DNA of 34,563 nt from Deltaproteobacteria bacterium (GTDB lineage Bacteria > Myxococcota_A > UBA9160 > SMWR01), in assembly GCA_032128115.1 (NCBI GenBank), contig JAQBHB010000062.1:1-34563 (forward strand). The letters are read 5' to 3'. The notes below the pieces were generated by a model. It was not told the origin of the DNA. It did no database searches and saw nothing but the letters and a program-made list of their open reading frames with translations. Numbering within the stretch: the first letter of the stretch is position 1; each line of letters begins with the position of its first letter. Shown here in pieces: positions 1 to 9,866 of this stretch. The position numbers and the translations under genes were made by a program.

Positions 1-120
1 GCGCCCATTCACCACCACTTCGAGAAGCTGGGCTGGCCCGAGCAGAAGATCGTGGTCCGGTTCTGGATCGTTTCGGCGATCCTGGGCCTGATCGCGCTCT
101 CCTCGCTCAAGCTGCGCTGA
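1..120 (+). CDS. mraY: Phospho-N-acetylmuramoyl-pentapeptide transferase, 3' end only (partial)
   Basis: Frame 1 reads [25 protein letters not shown]...LKLR*, the MraY HHH signature; TGA overlaps the murD ATG (TGATG). Confidence 0.96.
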   Translation, partial: APIHHHFEKLGWPEQKIVVRFWIVSAILGLIALSSLKLR

Positions 121-1460
121 TGCAGGAATTGGAGGGGATGAGCGTGCTGGTACTCGGACTCGGTATAAGCGGGCACAGTGCCGCCAATTTCTGCGCGGCG
201 CGGGCGGCCCGGGTCACGGCCGCCGACGAGCGCGCACCCGAGACCCTGGAGAGGCTCGCCCACCTGGATCCGCGAGTGGAACAGGTGGTGGGCCGGCCCT
301 TCCCCGACGCGGCGGACTTCGACCTGGTGGTGCCGAGTCCGGGCGTTCCCCGCGAACGCTACGCAAAGGGCGCACGCCGCATCTGGGGAGACGTGGAGTT
401 GCTGTATCGGGCGCTGCCCGTACCGCTGGTGGCGATCACCGGCACCAACGGCAAGTCCACCACGACGCTCATGATCCAGGCCATGCTTCGCGCCTCCGGA
501 TTCCGGGCGCGGGCCGCGGGAAATCTGGGCGACCCGTGCCTGGATCTGGTGGGACAGGCGCTGGACTGGGCGGTGATCGAGGTGTCGTCGTTCCAGCTGG
601 AGACCACCGAGAGCTTTCGCCCGCGCGTCGCGGTGATCCTCAACCTCTCGCCCGATCACCTGGACCGCCACGGGAGCTTCGAGAACTACTGCGCCGCCAA
701 GGCCCGCATCCTCGCCAAGCAGCGGCCCGACGATGTGGCCGTCCTGAACTGGGACGACGCGCAGGTGCGCGGACTCGCGGACCAGACCCGGGGCCGGGTG
801 TTTCCGTTCTCGACGAAATGCGGACTCGAGCACGGCGCCTTCCTCGACACCGGGTGCATCGTGCTGCGCCGCCAAGGCCAGGCGCCGGTGCGACTCTCGC
901 TGGACGCCCTGCGATTGCCCGGCGTCCACAACCGGGAGAACGCCGTGGCCGCCCTGGCCGCGTCGGTGGCCGCAGGAGCGGATCCGAAGCTGGCGATCTC
1001 CGCGCTGGCCTCCTTCACCGGCCTCCCCCACCGTTGCCAGGAAGTGGGGCGAGTGGGCGGCGCCACCTTCGTGGATGATTCCAAGGCCACCAATCCCGGC
1101 GCCGCGATCCGATCCCTGGAGAGCTTCACGGCTCCGGTGGTATGGATCGCCGGGGGCCGGGGCAAGGGTCTCGACTTCAGCGAACTGGCGGAGACGGCGG
1201 TGCGACGCGTACGCGCGGCGGTGCTGATCGGGGAGTCGGCCGCGAGCCTGGCGCGGGCGCTTGGGGGTCGCGTGCCGGCCGAACGCGTCGACTCGCTGGA
1301 AGACGCGGTGGAACGCGCGGCGGCGCTGGCCCGCGAAGGCGACGTGGTGTTGTTGGCGCCCGCCTGCGCCAGCCAGGACCAGTTCCGGGACTTTCGCGAG
1401 CGCGGCGAGCGCTTCGCGGCGGCCGTGTCGAACCTGACGGCGGCGGAGGGTACGGCGTGA
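120..1460 (+). CDS. murD: UDP-N-acetylmuramoylalanine--D-glutamate ligase
   Basis: GLGISG, VVPSPG, AITGTNGKSTT, EVSSFQLE, NLSPDHLDRH, DDSKATN, PACASQDQF motifs; dcw position. Confidence 0.97.
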   Translation: MQELEGMSVLVLGLGISGHSAANFCAARAARVTAADERAPETLERLAHLDPRVEQVVGRPFPDAADFDLVVPSPGVPRERYAKGARRIWGDVELLYRALPVPLVAITGTNGKSTTTLMIQAMLRASGFRARAAGNLGDPCLDLVGQALDWAVIEVSSFQLETTESFRPRVAVILNLSPDHLDRHGSFENYCAAKARILAKQRPDDVAVLNWDDAQVRGLADQTRGRVFPFSTKCGLEHGAFLDTGCIVLRRQGQAPVRLSLDALRLPGVHNRENAVAALAASVAAGADPKLAISALASFTGLPHRCQEVGRVGGATFVDDSKATNPGAAIRSLESFTAPVVWIAGGRGKGLDFSELAETAVRRVRAAVLIGESAASLARALGGRVPAERVDSLEDAVERAAALAREGDVVLLAPACASQDQFRDFRERGERFAAAVSNLTAAEGTA

Positions 1461-2704
1461 AGCGCCGCACGCCCGAGCGCAGGATGCCGCCGCGCGGAAT
1501 TGCCGTTTCGCATCGGGGGGCCATCGCATCCAGCGCCGCGACCGGGGGATCGTCGCCGACCGTCCCGTTGCAACTGGACGGCGGCCTGGTGGTCCCCGCC
1601 ACATTGCTCGCGGGCTTCGGCATCGTGATGGTCTACAGCGCCAGCGCGGCCCAGTCGCTGGACGAAGCCCTGCCGCCCCAGTTCGCCCGTCACGTGCTGG
1701 CCATCGCGTTGGCCGTGGGGTGTGCGGCCGGCGCGTCGCGGGTTCCCCTGGCGGTCTGGAATCGCATTGCGTTCCCGTTGTGGATCGCGTGTGGGCTGGG
1801 TCTGCTGGCGACACTCGCGTTCGGCGTCGAGGTGAACGGGGCGCGTCGCTGGCTCGCGATTCCCGGCCTCTCGATCCACCTGCAGGCGGGCGAGCTGGTC
1901 AAGTGGACCACCGTACTGGCCGTGGCAGCGTACCTGTCCCGGGAACGCGACTCCCGTTCGGCGCCGGATCCGGCCCGGCCGCTGCGGGTGGCCACGTTGT
2001 TCACGCTCCCGGTGGTGGCCCTGCTGCTGTTGCAGCCCGACTTCGGCAGCGCCGCCCTGGTGACGGCCCTGGTGGGTCTCCTGCTGTTCACGTCCGGCGT
2101 TCCCGTGCGCCAGCTGGCGGTGCCAGCCGCCATCGCGTGCCTGGGCAGCGCCGTCTACGCCTCGTGCCGACCCTACGCGCTGGCGCGTTGGAAGACCTTT
2201 CTCGATCCGTGGCAGGAGCCCCTGGGCGACGGCTTCCAGCTGGTGCAGTCGTTCGTGGCCTTTGCCCGCGGCGGCGCCCTGGGACTCGGGCTTGGGGACG
2301 GACGCCAGAAACTCTTCTACCTGCCGGAGGCCCATACCGACTTCATCCTCGCGATCGTCGCGGAGGAGGTGGGACTGGTGGGCGTGCTTGCGGTGCTCGG
2401 AGCCTTCGCCGCCCTGATGGTGGCCGGGTTCCGGGTGGCCCGGCGCGCCCGCGATCCGTTTGCCCTGCTGCTCGCGTTCGGGATGACCGCGTTGATCGGG
2501 GTTCCGGCCGCGATCAACGCCGGCGTGGTGATGGGACTCCTGCCCACCACCGGCATGACCCTGCCCTTCGTTTCGGTGGGCGCCAACTCGCTCATCACCT
2601 GCGCCCTGGCCCTGGGAATCCTGGTTCGCATCGCCGGCTGCGAGGCGGCGCCGGAGCGCGAACGCGTGGCCGGGGCTTCGACGCGCGGACGGGGGAATCG
2701 CTGA
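1457..2704 (+). CDS. ftsW: SEDS-family peptidoglycan glycosyltransferase FtsW
   Basis: MVYSAS, NGARRW, LLQPDFG, GDGRQKLFYLPEAHTDFI, GLLPTTGMTLPFVS; start moved to GTG 1457 (GTGA overlap with murD stop, GGAGG at 1445-1449). Confidence 0.94.
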   Translation: MKRRTPERRMPPRGIAVSHRGAIASSAATGGSSPTVPLQLDGGLVVPATLLAGFGIVMVYSASAAQSLDEALPPQFARHVLAIALAVGCAAGASRVPLAVWNRIAFPLWIACGLGLLATLAFGVEVNGARRWLAIPGLSIHLQAGELVKWTTVLAVAAYLSRERDSRSAPDPARPLRVATLFTLPVVALLLLQPDFGSAALVTALVGLLLFTSGVPVRQLAVPAAIACLGSAVYASCRPYALARWKTFLDPWQEPLGDGFQLVQSFVAFARGGALGLGLGDGRQKLFYLPEAHTDFILAIVAEEVGLVGVLAVLGAFAALMVAGFRVARRARDPFALLLAFGMTALIGVPAAINAGVVMGLLPTTGMTLPFVSVGANSLITCALALGILVRIAGCEAAPERERVAGASTRGRGNR

Positions 2705-3804
2705 TGCGGTGGCTGGTCGCAGGCGGCGGAACCGGAGGGCACGTGACCCCGGCGCTGGCCCTGGCCGAGCGGATCGCGGCCCGGGGCGACCGCGTGCTGC
2801 TGCTGGGATCGGAGCACGGTCTCGAAACGCGCCTGGTTCCGGACGCGGGCTTCGAATTGAAGGCCCTGCCGTCGCGACAGGTCATGGGACAGGGACTCGC
2901 GGGCCGCGTCGCTGCCGTGATCGCCATGCTGCGCGCCACCGCCCAAGCGCGGCGCGCGTTGCGAACCTTCGGCCCCCAGGTGGTGGTCTCCGTGGGGGGC
3001 TATGCCTCCGTTCCGGCAGTGACCGCGGCGGTGCTGGCGCGGCTTCCAGTGGCCCTGGTAGAGCCGAATGCGATTCCGGGCCGCGCCAATCGACTGGCCG
3101 CGCGCTTCGCGAAACGCATCTTCGTGCAGTTCGAGCAGTCCGGCCGGATCTTCGGGCGCTCGATCGATCCGGCCCGGATTCTCGCCACGGGCATACCGCT
3201 GCGCACCTCGCTGATCGAGTCGTTCGCCGACGCCCCGCCCCGCTCCCGGGCGTCCGGCCCCCTGCGCGTGCTTGTATTCGGCGGCAGCCAGGGCGCACGC
3301 CAGATCAACGAGGCCATGATGGAGGCGGCGCGGACCCTCGAGCCGGCCGCCTATCGGATCTTCCACCAGAGCGGCGAAGCCGATCGCGATCGCGTGGAAG
3401 CGGCCTACTCCGCGGCCGGCCTGGACGCCGAGGTGGTGGCGTTCGAGCCGGAGATGCCCAAGCGCTATCGCCAGGCCGATGTGGCCGTGTGCCGATCGGG
3501 CGCGCTCACGGTGGCGGAGTTGGCGCTGGCGGCCCTGCCGGCACTCCTGATCCCCTACCCGTACGCGGCGGATGATCACCAGACCGCCAATGCCGCGGCG
3601 CTCCGCGATTCGGGTGCAGCGAAGCTGTTGGATCCCGCTGCGCTCTCGGGTGCGCTGCTGGTAGAAGAACTCGAATCCCTGCGCCGCGCACCGGAGCGCC
3701 TGCACGAAATGAGCGGACGCGCCGCCAAGCTGGCCCACCCGGACGCCGCCGAGCGAATCGTAGAGGAGTGCGCCGCCCTGGCCTGCCCGGGAGGAGGCGA
3801 CTAG
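2704..3804 (+). CDS. murG: Undecaprenyl-PP-MurNAc-pentapeptide N-acetylglucosaminyltransferase
   Basis: GGGTGGH, GGYAS, EPNAIPGRAN, GGSQGA, RSGALTVAE, DHQTANA; ATG 2704 overlaps ftsW TGA. Confidence 0.97.
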   Translation: MRWLVAGGGTGGHVTPALALAERIAARGDRVLLLGSEHGLETRLVPDAGFELKALPSRQVMGQGLAGRVAAVIAMLRATAQARRALRTFGPQVVVSVGGYASVPAVTAAVLARLPVALVEPNAIPGRANRLAARFAKRIFVQFEQSGRIFGRSIDPARILATGIPLRTSLIESFADAPPRSRASGPLRVLVFGGSQGARQINEAMMEAARTLEPAAYRIFHQSGEADRDRVEAAYSAAGLDAEVVAFEPEMPKRYRQADVAVCRSGALTVAELALAALPALLIPYPYAADDHQTANAAALRDSGAAKLLDPAALSGALLVEELESLRRAPERLHEMSGRAAKLAHPDAAERIVEECAALACPGGGD

Positions 3805-3806
3805 CC

Positions 3807-5195
3807 ATGCGACGTCGCATCCAGCGCATCCACTTCGTAGGAGCCGGCGGAATCGGCATGTGCGGGCTGGCCGAGCTTCTCCACAACCAGGGCTACGAGG
3901 TGACGGGGTCCGATCTGCGCGAGGGCGCAACCGTCGAGCGGCTTCGCTTCCTGGGCATGGCGATCGCCGTGGGCCACGAGGCGAGCCATGTGGGAAGCGC
4001 GGACGTACTGGTCTACTCGTCGGCCATCCGCTCCACCAATCCGGAGATCCTGGAAGCCGAGCGGCGCAAGATCCCGGTGATCCCCCGGGCCGAGATGCTG
4101 GCCGAGACCATGCGCCTCAAGGAGGGCATCGCGGTCGCAGGAAGCCACGGCAAGACCACCACCACCTCGCTCATCGCTCACGTGCTCGACATGGCGGGTC
4201 TCGATCCCACGGCGGTCATCGGCGGCCGGCTGCTGGCCTCGGGCGGCGCGCGCACGGGCGCCCGCCTGGGCGCCGGCGAGTTGCTGGTGGCCGAGGCGGA
4301 CGAGAGCGATGGCTCGTTCCTGCGACTGGCTCCGGTGATTGCGGTGGTGACCAACATCGACCCGGAGCACCTGGACCACTACGGGTCGCTGGAAGCCCTG
4401 CGCGACGCCTTCACGTCGTTCGCCAACCGCATCCCCTTCTGGGGGCTGGCGGTGTTGTGCATCGATCACCCGGGCGTGCAGGCGATCCTGCCGCGCATGA
4501 CCCGACGCACCACCACCTACGGGTTCGCCTCCCATGCCGACCTGGTGGCCAGCGAGTTGCGGGTGGAGGGCAGCGGTGTGCGCTTCGCGGTCCGACGGCG
4601 GGGCCAGGCACTGGGCGAGCTTCGCCTGGGCATGCCGGGCCGACACAACGCGCTGAACGCCCTGGCCAGCCTCTCGGTGGCGCTCGAACTGGATGTTCCT
4701 TTCGAGACCACCGCCGCCGCCCTGGACGGCTTCCTGGGCATCGAACGACGCTTCGAGAACATGGGCTGCGTGAACGGGGTGCGCGTGGTCGACGACTACG
4801 GGCATCACCCGGCCGAGATCGTGGCCACCCTGGCGTCCGCGCGCAGTCTCCACTCGGGCCGACTGGTGGTGGCGTTCCAACCCCATCGCTTCACGCGCAC
4901 CCGCGACCTGTGGGACGACTTCATCACGGCGTTCAACGACGCCGACGTGGTGCTGGTGACCGGGATCTACGCGGCGGGAGAGAGCAAGATCCCAGGCGTC
5001 GAGGCCTCGACCCTGGTGGAGGCACTGCGCGCCCACGGACACCGCGGCGCCGAATATGTGGCCGACCTGGACGCGGTGCTTTTGCGTCTGGTGGAGGAGA
5101 CCCGCCCCGGCGACCTGGTGCTGACCCTGGGCGCCGGCAGCATCGCAACCCTGAGCGCTCGCCTGATCGAGCGACTGCGGGAGTCCGGGTCGTGA
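3807..5195 (+). CDS. murC: UDP-N-acetylmuramate--L-alanine ligase
   Basis: IHFVGAGGIGM, AGSHGKTTTTS, EADESDGSF, DDYGHHPAEI, FQPHRFTRT; GAGGAGG upstream of ATG 3807. Confidence 0.97.
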   Translation: MRRRIQRIHFVGAGGIGMCGLAELLHNQGYEVTGSDLREGATVERLRFLGMAIAVGHEASHVGSADVLVYSSAIRSTNPEILEAERRKIPVIPRAEMLAETMRLKEGIAVAGSHGKTTTTSLIAHVLDMAGLDPTAVIGGRLLASGGARTGARLGAGELLVAEADESDGSFLRLAPVIAVVTNIDPEHLDHYGSLEALRDAFTSFANRIPFWGLAVLCIDHPGVQAILPRMTRRTTTYGFASHADLVASELRVEGSGVRFAVRRRGQALGELRLGMPGRHNALNALASLSVALELDVPFETTAAALDGFLGIERRFENMGCVNGVRVVDDYGHHPAEIVATLASARSLHSGRLVVAFQPHRFTRTRDLWDDFITAFNDADVVLVTGIYAAGESKIPGVEASTLVEALRAHGHRGAEYVADLDAVLLRLVEETRPGDLVLTLGAGSIATLSARLIERLRESGS

Positions 5196-6109
5196 TCGCA
5201 CGGGCCGCGCGCAGCGAACTGGAAGAATCCCTGGGCGACGCAGTCCGCTTCGATGTGCCCATGGCGCGCTGCACCTCCCTGCGCATCGGCGGGCCGGCCG
5301 ACGCCCTTGCCACTCCCGCCAACCGGCGCGAACTGGCCCGCGTGCTTTCGATCTGCACCCGACACCGTCTGCCCCACGCCGTACTGGGGGCGGGCTTCAA
5401 CACGCTGGCCGTGGACTCCCGCATCCAGGGCGTGGTGATCCAGCTCTCGCGCCTCCGGCGCCTGGAGGTGCGTCCCGGAAATCAGCTGCGGGCCGAGGCC
5501 GGGGTCTCCCACTCCCAGATCACGAACTACTGCACCCTGCACGGTCTCTCGGGCCTGGAGTTCTGCGCCGGCATTCCGGGCACCGTGGGCGGCTGGCTCG
5601 CCATGAACGCGGGCGTACCCGGCAGCGAGATGCAGGACGTGGTGCGCGAGATCGAGGTGATGAGTCCCACCGGGCGCCGCGTGCGACACCTGTCGGCCCA
5701 GGCGCTCCACTTCCGCTACCGGGCGCTGCGCGGCCTGGCACCGGGCTCGGTGCTGGTGTCGGCATTGCTTGGGATCTCGGTGCGCAACCCGGCAACGGTG
5801 CGGGCCGAGGTGACGCGACACCTGGACCGCCGCACCGCAACCCAGCCCCTGGACGTTCCCACCTGCGGCTCGGTCTTCAAGAACCCGCCCGGCGACTTCG
5901 CGGGTCGGCTGATCGAGTCGGTGGGCCTCAAGGGGCACCGGATCGGCGGCGCCCAGATCTCGCCGGTCCACGCGAACTTCATCTCGAACCTGGGCGGCGC
6001 CACGGCCGACGACGTGCTCGCCCTCATGGACGCGGCACGAATCGCCGTGCGCGAAGCCACCGGATGCCGTCTGGCACCCGAAGTTCGGATCCTGGGGAGA
6101 AAGACGTGA
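5192..6109 (+). CDS. murB: UDP-N-acetylenolpyruvoylglucosamine reductase
   Basis: RIGGPAD, GLEFCAGIPGTVGG..MNAG, CGSVFKNP, HANF; GTG start overlaps murC stop (GTGA). Confidence 0.96.
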   Translation: MIARAARSELEESLGDAVRFDVPMARCTSLRIGGPADALATPANRRELARVLSICTRHRLPHAVLGAGFNTLAVDSRIQGVVIQLSRLRRLEVRPGNQLRAEAGVSHSQITNYCTLHGLSGLEFCAGIPGTVGGWLAMNAGVPGSEMQDVVREIEVMSPTGRRVRHLSAQALHFRYRALRGLAPGSVLVSALLGISVRNPATVRAEVTRHLDRRTATQPLDVPTCGSVFKNPPGDFAGRLIESVGLKGHRIGGAQISPVHANFISNLGGATADDVLALMDAARIAVREATGCRLAPEVRILGRKT

Positions 6110-7056
6110 ACGACCAGCGGCGCCGAGGAGTCTACGCCGGCCGTGGAGGCCGCACGGGCCTCACCCGGGTGGAGCGCACCACTGCGGCTCGCCGCGAGCG
6201 GGCGCAGGAGCACCTGAACCGGGTGCGCAGGGAGGGCCCGGCGCCCCATCGCACGCAGCTGTGGGGGGTGGCCGCGGCGTTGGCCGCAATCGGGGTCGGC
6301 GGCGCCCTGGGGAGCTCCTGGGTCGGGGTGGGAGCTGCGCTTTCGGAGTCCGGGGGACGCCTGGACGCAATCTACGTGCGCGGGGCGTCGCAGCTTTCCG
6401 GCCAGGAGGTGGCCGAGGCGACCGGCCTTGCACCGGGCGCCGCGTGGACATCGGTGGATCCTGCCGCCGCGGCGCTACACCTGTCCTCCCACCCCTGGAT
6501 CACGTCGGCACGGGCAGTGCGCGCGACGCCCACGACATTGGTGATTCGAATCGAGGAGCGGGTTCCGCGTGCCGTGACGGCCGACGCCGATGGCCGCCTG
6601 CTCTTCGTGGATGCCAGCGGCACCGCCTTTGCCCCGGCCGTGGGCGAGAGGGCCAATAGCCTGCCGCGGCTGGTACCGGTGGGCGCCGTGGTTCGCGACC
6701 AGGCAGACCATGCGCTCGCGGAAGCGGTGGACCTGTCCCAGCGCGTCCTCGCCCACGGGTTGGCGCTTCCCGCGGAAGTCGCCCTGGCCGCCGACGGCGA
6801 TCCCGAGGGTTACGTCCTGCGGCTGGCCGGGCGCAGCGCCCGGGTGGTGTTGGGCCGCGACGACCTGGACGCCCGGCTCGCCCGGCTCGCCCAGCTGCTG
6901 GCCTCGAACGTGTCCGAGATCGTTGCGGCGGCCACGGTGGATCTTCGTTTCGCAGACCAGGCGGTCTTGCGGGAAACGCGTTCCCCGACAGGGGAAGCAC
7001 AAGCGGCGGCGAAGCGCAGAGACGCAACGCCGTCCAACAGGAGGCCGTCCGGTTGA
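6106..7056 (+). CDS. ftsQ: Cell division protein FtsQ/DivIB (POTRA domain)
   Basis: Basic N-terminus, one TM segment, HPWI..A...PTTLVIRIEERVP, terminal VDLRF; located before ftsA; GTGA overlap with murB. Confidence 0.88.
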   Translation: MNDQRRRGVYAGRGGRTGLTRVERTTAARRERAQEHLNRVRREGPAPHRTQLWGVAAALAAIGVGGALGSSWVGVGAALSESGGRLDAIYVRGASQLSGQEVAEATGLAPGAAWTSVDPAAAALHLSSHPWITSARAVRATPTTLVIRIEERVPRAVTADADGRLLFVDASGTAFAPAVGERANSLPRLVPVGAVVRDQADHALAEAVDLSQRVLAHGLALPAEVALAADGDPEGYVLRLAGRSARVVLGRDDLDARLARLAQLLASNVSEIVAAATVDLRFADQAVLRETRSPTGEAQAAAKRRDATPSNRRPSG

Positions 7057-7085
7057 ACCGGCGGCTCCTCAGGGGGGAGAGAAGC

Positions 7086-8318
7086 ATGTCTCGAAGGGAT
7101 GAGATGGTCGTCGGTCTCGACATCGGGACCACCAAGATCTGCGTCATCGTCGGCGAACGCACGGAAAACGGCGTCGACATAGTGGGCATCGGAACGCATC
7201 CCTCGCGCGGCCTGCGCAAGGGAGTCGTGGTGGACATCGAGTCCACCGTGGATTCGATCAAGCACGCCGTGGAGGAGGCGGAGCTCATGGCCGACTGCGA
7301 GGTCACGTCGGTCTATGCGGGCATCGCCGGAAGCCACATCAGTGGCTTCAACTCCCACGGAGTCGTCGCTGTAAAGAACCGCGAGGTGAGCGATGGAGAC
7401 GTGCGGCGTGTGATCGACGCGGCCAAGGCAGTGGCGATTCCCATGGATCGCGAAGTGATCCACGTGATTCCGCAGGAGTTCATCATCGACGACCAGGACG
7501 GCGTGCGCGAGCCCCTGGGCATGAGCGGCGTGCGGCTCGAGGCGAAGATCCACATCGTCACCGCCGCCGTCACCAGCGCCCAGAACATCGTGAAATGCGC
7601 CCAGAAGGCCGGGCTCAACGTGATCGACATCGTGCTGGAACCGCTGGCGTCGGCCGAGGCCTCCCTCGCCGATGACGAGCGCGACCTGGGCGTGTGCCTG
7701 ATCGACATCGGCGGCGGCACCACCGACCTGGCGGTGTTTGCCGACGGTTCGATCAAGCACACGTCGGTGCTGGCCCTGGGTGGCTCCCACATCTCGAACG
7801 ACATCGCGGTAGGCCTGCGCACGCCGTTCGAGGAGGCGGAGCGCATCAAGAAGAAGTTCGGGGTGGCGGCCTCGCGCTTCCTTTCCAGCGACGATGTGAT
7901 CACGGTTCCCAGCGTCGGCGGCAGGCGACCCCGCGAAATATCGCGGAAGATCCTGTGCGAGATCATCGAGCCCCGGGTGGACGAGATCCTGAGTCTCGCC
8001 CGCCGGGAGCTGGTGAAGGGGGGCCTCGAGGCTCGGATCCCGTCGGGGGTCGTGCTCACCGGCGGCTGCTCCGCCCTGGAAGGCATCGTGGATCTCGCCG
8101 AGGAGATCTTCGAGACGCCGGTGCGCCAGGGCATCCCGACCCACATCGGAGGGCTGCAGGACGTGGTGCGCAGCCCCATGTACGCCACCGGCGTGGGGCT
8201 CACGCTGTTCGGCGCGTCGCGGGCCCAGCGAGCGGCGCGCTTCCGCATCCGGGACGAATCGATCTTCGGGCGGGTCAAACAGCGCATGCGGGACTGGTTC
8301 TTTGGAGAGTTCGATTGA
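7086..8318 (+). CDS. ftsA: Cell division protein FtsA
   Basis: GLDIGTTKI, DIGGGTTD, VVLTGG, C-terminal amphipathic helix FGRVKQRMRDWF. Confidence 0.97.
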   Translation: MSRRDEMVVGLDIGTTKICVIVGERTENGVDIVGIGTHPSRGLRKGVVVDIESTVDSIKHAVEEAELMADCEVTSVYAGIAGSHISGFNSHGVVAVKNREVSDGDVRRVIDAAKAVAIPMDREVIHVIPQEFIIDDQDGVREPLGMSGVRLEAKIHIVTAAVTSAQNIVKCAQKAGLNVIDIVLEPLASAEASLADDERDLGVCLIDIGGGTTDLAVFADGSIKHTSVLALGGSHISNDIAVGLRTPFEEAERIKKKFGVAASRFLSSDDVITVPSVGGRRPREISRKILCEIIEPRVDEILSLARRELVKGGLEARIPSGVVLTGGCSALEGIVDLAEEIFETPVRQGIPTHIGGLQDVVRSPMYATGVGLTLFGASRAQRAARFRIRDESIFGRVKQRMRDWFFGEFD

Positions 8319-8360
8319 TCCCCGTGGGGACCAAACGCGGGATTCAAATTTCGCAACTGA

Positions 8361-8402
8361 GTGAGGCAAGTGCTCACAATAGAAGCGTTTTGATGTTACA
8401 TT
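8361..8402 (+). promoter_or_regulatory. Putative internal ftsZ promoter (extended -10 TGtTACATT) with upstream dyad GTGAG-N7-CTCAC
   Basis: AT-rich ftsA-ftsZ spacer; TG 8394-8395, TACATT 8397-8402; inverted repeat 8361-8377. Confidence 0.4.
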
Positions 8403-8434
8403 TCGCGCGTCGATAGCGTGCGAGGGGGGGTGAG

Positions 8435-9772
8435 ATGTCCAGACGAGAGCACCAGAGCGACCACGACAACAAAGACCGGGTAGATCTGCTCGAGATCGAC
8501 TCCAGGGCGGGGAGTTCCCAGCTCCTCGAATTCGAGAGTTCGGGCCGCAATCGCGCCAGCATCAAGGTGGTCGGGATCGGCGGCGGGGGTGGCAACGCCC
8601 TCAACAACATGATCGAGGCGGGGCTCAAGGGCGTGGAGTTCGTGGTGGCCAACACGGACTCCCAGGCGTTGGAGTTCAACAACGCGCCGCACAAGATCCA
8701 GCTGGGGAGCGATCTCACCCGAGGGCTGGGCTGTGGGGCGGATCCTGAGAAGGGACGGGACTCGGCCCTTGAGGTTCGCGACCGACTCTTCGATCTGCTC
8801 ACCGGAACCGACATGGTGTTCGTGACCGCTGGCATGGGTGGCGGCACGGGGACCGGTGCGGCGCCCGTGATCGCAGAGATCGCACGCGAGGTGGGAGCGC
8901 TCACCGTCGGCGTCGTGACGAAGCCGTTCAACTTCGAGGGACGGGTTCGCATGAAGCACGCGGAGCGGGGGCTCGAGGAGCTGCACCGCACCGTCGACAC
9001 GGTGATCACGATCCCCAACCAGCGCCTGCTGGGACTGGCGGGGAAGGGCACTGCCATGAAGGATGCCTTTCGGCTGGCCGACGCGGTGTTGTTCAACGCC
9101 GTGCGCGGCATCTCGGACCTGATCACCGTCCACGGTCTCATCAACCTGGACTTCGCCGACGTGCGAACGATCATGAACGAGATGGGCGTGGCCCTGATGG
9201 GGACCGGCGTGGCAACCGGCGAGCACCGGGGCATCGAGGCCGCCCAGGCGGCGATCTCGAGCCCGCTGCTTGAGGATCTCTCCATCGAAGGGGCTCGGGG
9301 CGTGCTCATCAACGTGACCGGCGGGCCGGATCTCACCCTGTACGAGGTGAACCAGGCCTCGACCCTGATCCAGGAGGCGGCCCACGAGGACGCGAACATC
9401 ATCTTCGGGGCCGTGGTGGACGAGACCATGCCCGAGGGCGAGATGCGCGTAACCGTGATCGCCACCGGTCTTGCGAGCGAGCACAACTATCGAGGACGCG
9501 ACTGGAGTTCGCGCAGCATCGAGGATCGCACCAACGTGACGCCATTGCGCCGGGAGTCGGCGCCGGGTCCCGACCTGAGGCCGGTGGCCGAGAAGCAGAC
9601 GCCTGCGCCGGACGTGACGATCGCGCCGAGCGGGCGGGACCGGGAAGAGGATCTGTTCTCGCCCTTCGCCGAGGACGAACTCGATGTTCCGACGTTCATC
9701 CGACGCGGCAACCAGAACGAGGAAAAGCTGGACACCGAAGAACCCGCGTTCCTGAGGCGTTCCGCCGACTGA
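8435..9772 (+). CDS. ftsZ: Cell division protein FtsZ
   Basis: [22 protein letters not shown] tubulin signature, INLDFADV, C-terminal LDVPTFIRR and EPAFLRR. Confidence 0.98.
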   Translation: MSRREHQSDHDNKDRVDLLEIDSRAGSSQLLEFESSGRNRASIKVVGIGGGGGNALNNMIEAGLKGVEFVVANTDSQALEFNNAPHKIQLGSDLTRGLGCGADPEKGRDSALEVRDRLFDLLTGTDMVFVTAGMGGGTGTGAAPVIAEIAREVGALTVGVVTKPFNFEGRVRMKHAERGLEELHRTVDTVITIPNQRLLGLAGKGTAMKDAFRLADAVLFNAVRGISDLITVHGLINLDFADVRTIMNEMGVALMGTGVATGEHRGIEAAQAAISSPLLEDLSIEGARGVLINVTGGPDLTLYEVNQASTLIQEAAHEDANIIFGAVVDETMPEGEMRVTVIATGLASEHNYRGRDWSSRSIEDRTNVTPLRRESAPGPDLRPVAEKQTPAPDVTIAPSGRDREEDLFSPFAEDELDVPTFIRRGNQNEEKLDTEEPAFLRRSAD

Positions 9773-9825
9773 TAGCACCCCGGCCCGGCGAGGCGTTCCG
9801 CCGACTGATAGCACCCCGGCCCGGC
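9754..9825. repeat. Perfect 36-bp tandem duplication spanning the ftsZ stop codon
   Basis: GAGGCGTTCCGCCGACTGATAGCACCCCGGCCCGGC at 9754-9789 and 9790-9825. Confidence 0.95.
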
Positions 9826-9866
9826 CGGGGATTGATTCGAAGCGAGGGCTCGGGCAGCCTCCGGAC

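Noticed and set aside
8361..8381. lac-operator-like GCTCACAAT
   Set aside because: Half-site match only, wrong spacing, no LacI gene nearby; probably chance
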